DNA of 64,000 bases from Leptospiraceae bacterium (GTDB lineage Bacteria > Spirochaetota > Leptospiria > Leptospirales > Leptospiraceae), in NCBI GenBank assembly GCA_024233835.1, contig JACKPC010000001.1, forward strand, positions 1,349,442 to 1,413,441, written 5' to 3'. The notes beneath the pieces are model-generated. The model was not told where the DNA came from, ran no database searches, and worked only from the letters and a program-made list of their open reading frames with translations. The number at the start of each line of letters is the position of its first letter. The stretch's first letter is position 1. Shown piece by piece: positions 60,219-64,000 of this stretch. Made by a program: the position numbers and the translations under genes.

Positions 60219-60769
60219 CTGAAGTTCTAAAAAACCCCGGTCAGGCCCTCGGCGACTTTGCACAGGTTGCCAATCTCGAGACTTTTATCAACTGGGGGAA
60301 AAGTTATTCTCTCTGGCCCTATCCGTTTGCAACTGCCTGTTGTGGAATTGAGTTTATGGGAGCTGCCTGTTCGGATAATGATATTGCGAGGTTTGGTGCG
60401 GAGAGACCTTCTTTTTCTCCGAGACAGGCAGATATGATACTCGTTCTCGGAACGATTACCTACAAAATGGCACCGGTACTCCGACAGATCTACGACCAGC
60501 TTTCCGAGCCGAAATACGTTATCAGTGTAGGAGCCTGTGCTTCTTCCGGTGGTATGTTTGATACCTACGGAGTGGTTCAGGGGATTGACAGGTTTTTACC
60601 TGTAGACCTTTATATTCCCGGTTGTCCGCCCAGACCCGAAGCCATCCTTGATGCTCTTGTAAAACTTCAACAAAAAGTAAAAACTCAGGGCCTTGAAGAA
60701 AGGCGTAAAGAAGTAATGCAGAAAATTCAGGAAATCAACGAAAGAAACAGGCCCCAGATCGTAAAATGA
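60209..60769 (+). CDS. nuoB: NADH-quinone oxidoreductase subunit B.
   Basis: Fe-S ligand motifs ([18 protein letters not shown]). I chose the ATG at 60209, which has an AAGGAG RBS. The ORF track start is 60188. Confidence 0.9.
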   Translation: MGLAEVLKNPGQALGDFAQVANLETFINWGKSYSLWPYPFATACCGIEFMGAACSDNDIARFGAERPSFSPRQADMILVLGTITYKMAPVLRQIYDQLSEPKYVISVGACASSGGMFDTYGVVQGIDRFLPVDLYIPGCPPRPEAILDALVKLQQKVKTQGLEERRKEVMQKIQEINERNRPQIVK

Positions 60770-61272
60770 AAGAAAAAATACAGTCTTTATTAAAAAGCAA
60801 ATTTTCAAGTTCTATCTATAGGGAAGAAGAAGTAAAATCTAATATCCCGGTCTTTTTTATAAAACCGGAGGGAATTCGGGAAGTTGTGAAAGCACTGAAA
60901 GAAGACCTGCAATTTACTTTTTTAAACGACCTCACCGCCATAGACTGGCTCGGAAAAAAGGAGCCTCGCTTTGAAGTATGTTACCTCCTTCGTTCTCCTT
61001 CCAATAAACATGCAAGAGTGATGTTAAAAGTTCCGGTAGAAGAAGGAGATTCAGTTCCGAGTATCACTTCCATCTTTAAAGGTGCTAACTGGCCGGAAAG
61101 GGAGGTCTATGACCTGATGGGAATCGAGTTTTCCGAGCATCCTTACATGGAAAGGCTAATTTTGCCGGATAACTTTCAGGGTCATCCCCTGCGAAAAGAC
61201 TACCCACTCGAAGGTTTTGGCCAGGATTATTTAATTTCCGATCTTTTACAGATTCACCAGGAGGAAATATAA
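60766..61272 (+). CDS. nuoC: NADH-quinone oxidoreductase subunit C (30 kDa).
   Basis: [16 protein letters not shown] motif. ATGA overlap with nuoB. Confidence 0.85.
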   Translation: MKEKIQSLLKSKFSSSIYREEEVKSNIPVFFIKPEGIREVVKALKEDLQFTFLNDLTAIDWLGKKEPRFEVCYLLRSPSNKHARVMLKVPVEEGDSVPSITSIFKGANWPEREVYDLMGIEFSEHPYMERLILPDNFQGHPLRKDYPLEGFGQDYLISDLLQIHQEEI

Positions 61273-61276
61273 GCGT

Positions 61277-62497
61277 ATGGCAATGTATGAAAAAACAGCG
61301 GAACGGTTTAAGGGAAAGTTTCAAAACCTCCCGGAAGGCCACATGCTTATCAACCTCGGCCCTTCTCATCCCGCAACCCACGGAATTTTACAGAATGTTA
61401 TTCAACTCGATGGAGAGCGGATCGTAGAAGCAGAAGCGATTATCGGTTATGTTCACCGCTGCTTTGAAAAGTTGGGTGAACGTTATGACTACAACCAGTT
61501 TTTAGTCTGTACGGATAGGATGAACTACGTTTCTACCCCGATGAACAATATCGGCTGGATCCTTGCCGTAGAAAAAATGCTACAAATTCAGGTGCCCGAT
61601 AAAGTAACTTATGTTCGTATGATTATTTCCGAACTTTCTCGGATTATGGATCATATTATTTGCACTACGATTCTCGGGGTGGATTTAGGTGCTTTTTCCG
61701 GAATGCTGTATTTATTTCATCACCGCGAAAATATTTACCAGATCCTCGAAAAGCTTACAGGCGCAAGGCTTACAACTACCTTTTGTCGGGTTGGTGGGAT
61801 GGAAAGAGACCTGTATCCTGAATTTGAAAAGGAAGTAAAACTGGTTATCAAGGGTCTTACTCCTGCAATTGATGAGTTTGTTAACCTTTTGATTAATAAC
61901 CGTATTTTTAATGAAAGAACTGCCGGTATCGGTGGAATTTCAGCGGAAGACGCAGTAGCCTACGGTTACAGCGGTCCGAATCTGAGAGCTGCCGGGGTAG
62001 ACTGGGATGTTCGTAAAGATGAACCTTATATGTTCTACGATAAGGTCGACTTCGATGTAGCTGTTGGAGAAGATGGCTCGGCTCTGCACAGAACTCTGGT
62101 TCGAATCGAGGAAATGCGCCAGTCTATCCGTATTATTGAGCAATTAATCGATAATATTCCTTCCGGTCCTTTTCATGCAGACATTCCGACTGTTTTTCTC
62201 CCGGAAAAGCAAAAGGTTTACAGCAGCATGGAAGAGCTTATCTATCACTTCAAAATCATCATGCACGGAATCAGTGTTCCGCCGGGTGAATACTACATGG
62301 CAACCGAAGCTGCGAACGGGGAACTGGGTTTTTATATTGTATCAGAAGGAGAAAAATCTCCTTACCGGGTGCATGTGAGAAGACCCTGTTTCTGGTATTA
62401 CCAGTCTTTTCCTGAGCTGGTCAAGGGAGGCCTGATTGCCGATTCCATTGCCACCATGAGTTCTTTAAATGTTATCGCCGGGGAGTTAGACTGTTAA
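61277..62497 (+). CDS. nuoD: NADH-quinone oxidoreductase subunit D (49 kDa).
   Basis: 406 aa with conserved blocks ([21 protein letters not shown]). Confidence 0.9.
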   Translation: MAMYEKTAERFKGKFQNLPEGHMLINLGPSHPATHGILQNVIQLDGERIVEAEAIIGYVHRCFEKLGERYDYNQFLVCTDRMNYVSTPMNNIGWILAVEKMLQIQVPDKVTYVRMIISELSRIMDHIICTTILGVDLGAFSGMLYLFHHRENIYQILEKLTGARLTTTFCRVGGMERDLYPEFEKEVKLVIKGLTPAIDEFVNLLINNRIFNERTAGIGGISAEDAVAYGYSGPNLRAAGVDWDVRKDEPYMFYDKVDFDVAVGEDGSALHRTLVRIEEMRQSIRIIEQLIDNIPSGPFHADIPTVFLPEKQKVYSSMEELIYHFKIIMHGISVPPGEYYMATEAANGELGFYIVSEGEKSPYRVHVRRPCFWYYQSFPELVKGGLIADSIATMSSLNVIAGELDC

Positions 62498-62498
62498 A

Positions 62499-62978
62499 AT
62501 GGCATATCAATTCACACAAGAATCAGAAAAGAGATTTACAAAGCTTCTGGAAATGTTTCCCGATAAACGCTCCATGATACTTCCGGCCCTTTACCTCGTG
62601 CAAAGAGAGAAAGGATTTGTAGATAAAGAAAGTATGCAATATATCGCGGATAGGATAGGGGCACCTATTTCTCTGGCGAATGTTTACGGTGTAGCTACGT
62701 TTTATACAATGTATAATAAAAAACCCGTAGGCAAGTTTCATATCCAGATCTGTTCCAATATTTCCTGCTATGTCATGGGTTCGGACAAAGTAACCGACCA
62801 TGTCTGCAAGAAATTAGGAATCAAAGAAGGAGAAACTACGGCAGACAAGAAATTTACTGTTAGCGAAGTGCAGTGCCTCGGAGCCTGCGGTTACGGTCCT
62901 ATGATGCAAATTAATGATACGTATTACGAACACCTGAACCTTGAAGAAGTGGACAGGATTCTGGATTCTCTGGAGTAA
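62499..62978 (+). CDS. nuoE: NADH-quinone oxidoreductase subunit E (24 kDa).
   Basis: CxxxxC...C(x3)C pattern ([10 protein letters not shown] ... [14 protein letters not shown]). Confidence 0.85.
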   Translation: MAYQFTQESEKRFTKLLEMFPDKRSMILPALYLVQREKGFVDKESMQYIADRIGAPISLANVYGVATFYTMYNKKPVGKFHIQICSNISCYVMGSDKVTDHVCKKLGIKEGETTADKKFTVSEVQCLGACGYGPMMQINDTYYEHLNLEEVDRILDSLE

Positions 62979-62981
62979 AGA

Positions 62982-64000
62982 ATGGCGGAATTGAAATTAT
63001 TAACCAAACACCTTGGAGAAGAAGGCTGCGGAACTTTAAAACACTACCAATCGGTAGGAGGTTTCACCGCTCAAAAAAAAGCTCTTTCCATGAAAGGTGC
63101 AGAACTCATTGATGAAGTAAAAAAATCCGGATTGAGAGGAAGGGGAGGTGCGGGTTTTCCTACCGGCATGAAGTGGTCTTTTATTCCTCAGACTGATAAG
63201 CCGAAGTATCTTCTCTGCAATGCAGATGAGGGAGAGCCGGGCACTTTCAAAGACAGGGTTCTTCTGGAGCAATTACCCCACCAGATTATTGAAGGAATGG
63301 TAATTGCAGCTAAAGCCATTGATTCCCATACAGGTTTTATCTATATTCGCGGTGAATACAAAAAAAGTTATGATATACTCCAGGCAGCCATAGACGAGTG
63401 TTACAAAGCCGGACTTCTCGGAAAAAACATTATGGGTTCCGGTTTTGATTTCGAACTCGGTCTTTATGCCGGTGCCGGTGCCTATATCTGCGGAGAGGAA
63501 ACCGCTCTTATCAATTCTCTCGAAGGAAGGAGAGGTCATCCCCGTTTAAAACCGCCTTTCCCGGCTGTAGCAGGGCTTTATAATTGCCCTACCGTTGTAA
63601 ACAACGTAGAAACTTTCAGTGCGGTTCCGCATATTATCAATAATGGTGGAGAATGGTATGCTAAGATGGGAACACCCAAGTCTACCGGAACCCGTCTTTT
63701 CAGTGTATCGGGACCTTTGAAGAAACCCGGTGTGTATGAAATCGAACTCGGCACACCTCTCATGGAACTTATTAATAACCTCTGCGGAGGAATGGCAGAA
63801 GGACATGAGCTGAAAGCTATTATTCCGGGTGGTTCTTCTGTACCTATTTTAACCGCAGAAGAATGTAAAACTGCCAATATGGATTTCGAATCCATGATGG
63901 AACATAAAACCATGCTCGGAAGTGGTGCGGTAATCGTGCTTTCTGATAAAACGAACCTGGTAGAAACCACTTATCGCTTGGCCAGTTTTTATGCGCATGA
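62982..64000 (+). CDS. nuoF: NADH-quinone oxidoreductase subunit F (51 kDa), partial. The 3' end runs off the window.
   Basis: Manual translation from the ATG at 62982: [22 protein letters not shown]...[18 protein letters not shown] (NADH/FMN site motif). The frame is open to 64000. Confidence 0.85.
   Translation, partial: MAELKLLTKHLGEEGCGTLKHYQSVGGFTAQKKALSMKGAELIDEVKKSGLRGRGGAGFPTGMKWSFIPQTDKPKYLLCNADEGEPGTFKDRVLLEQLPHQIIEGMVIAAKAIDSHTGFIYIRGEYKKSYDILQAAIDECYKAGLLGKNIMGSGFDFELGLYAGAGAYICGEETALINSLEGRRGHPRLKPPFPAVAGLYNCPTVVNNVETFSAVPHIINNGGEWYAKMGTPKSTGTRLFSVSGPLKKPGVYEIELGTPLMELINNLCGGMAEGHELKAIIPGGSSVPILTAEECKTANMDFESMMEHKTMLGSGAVIVLSDKTNLVETTYRLASFYAH

Noticed and set aside
1-64000. Looked for transposase, integrase or IS inverted repeats marking the island ends.
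   Set aside because: None were recognised in any frame. The island appears to be bounded instead by core genes and by the paralogous AAA/PD-(D/E)XK direct repeats.

Overview
AT-rich bacterial chromosome segment. Lipobox lipoproteins, many TPR paralogs and a nuoA-F block suggest a Leptospira-like spirochete; this is inference only, with no rRNA or tRNA to anchor it. The layout is as follows. (i) 1-10.2 kb is a minus-strand block of secreted, lipoprotein and TPR genes. (ii) 10.5-18.6 kb is a Type I R-M locus in a prr-like arrangement: hsdM, an embedded rhuM, hsdS with a TELT x4 central repeat, a PrrC-like anticodon-nuclease candidate, then hsdR. Its first 2.5 kb is visibly GC-richer than its surroundings. 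(iii) 18.6-21 kb holds small hypothetical ORFs. (iv) 21.1-22.9 kb is copy 1 of a ~600-aa AAA-ATPase-like/PD-(D/E)XK (DUF1703-type) protein. (v) 23-46 kb is an accessory block. It contains a prephenate-dehydratase-like gene, a modular lipoprotein family with in-frame simple-sequence-repeat linkers, an M23 peptidase with duplicated Cys-rich modules, an HTH protein and a Nudix-like protein. It also contains two giant paralogs (1085 and 1611 aa) built as an N-terminal protein-kinase-like (APH-like) domain, a NACHT/STAND P-loop NTPase and C-terminal helical repeats. The larger of these carries a near-perfect 144-bp x ~7 tandem array. (vi) 46.4-55.6 kb is a head-to-tail tandem array of five more near-identical AAA/PD-(D/E)XK genes with mosaic cassette structure. 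(vii) 55.7-64 kb is core: pcm, a small membrane protein, a hybrid histidine kinase, and nuoA-nuoF (nuoF runs off the window end). No transposase, integrase, tRNA, rRNA or CRISPR array was recognised. The most novel-looking content is the kinase-like/NACHT/repeat gene pair and the recombining AAA/PD-(D/E)XK array, which sit next to a prr-like R-M locus; the island is bracketed by direct repeats of the AAA/PD-(D/E)XK gene itself, so it looks like a defence/accessory island.
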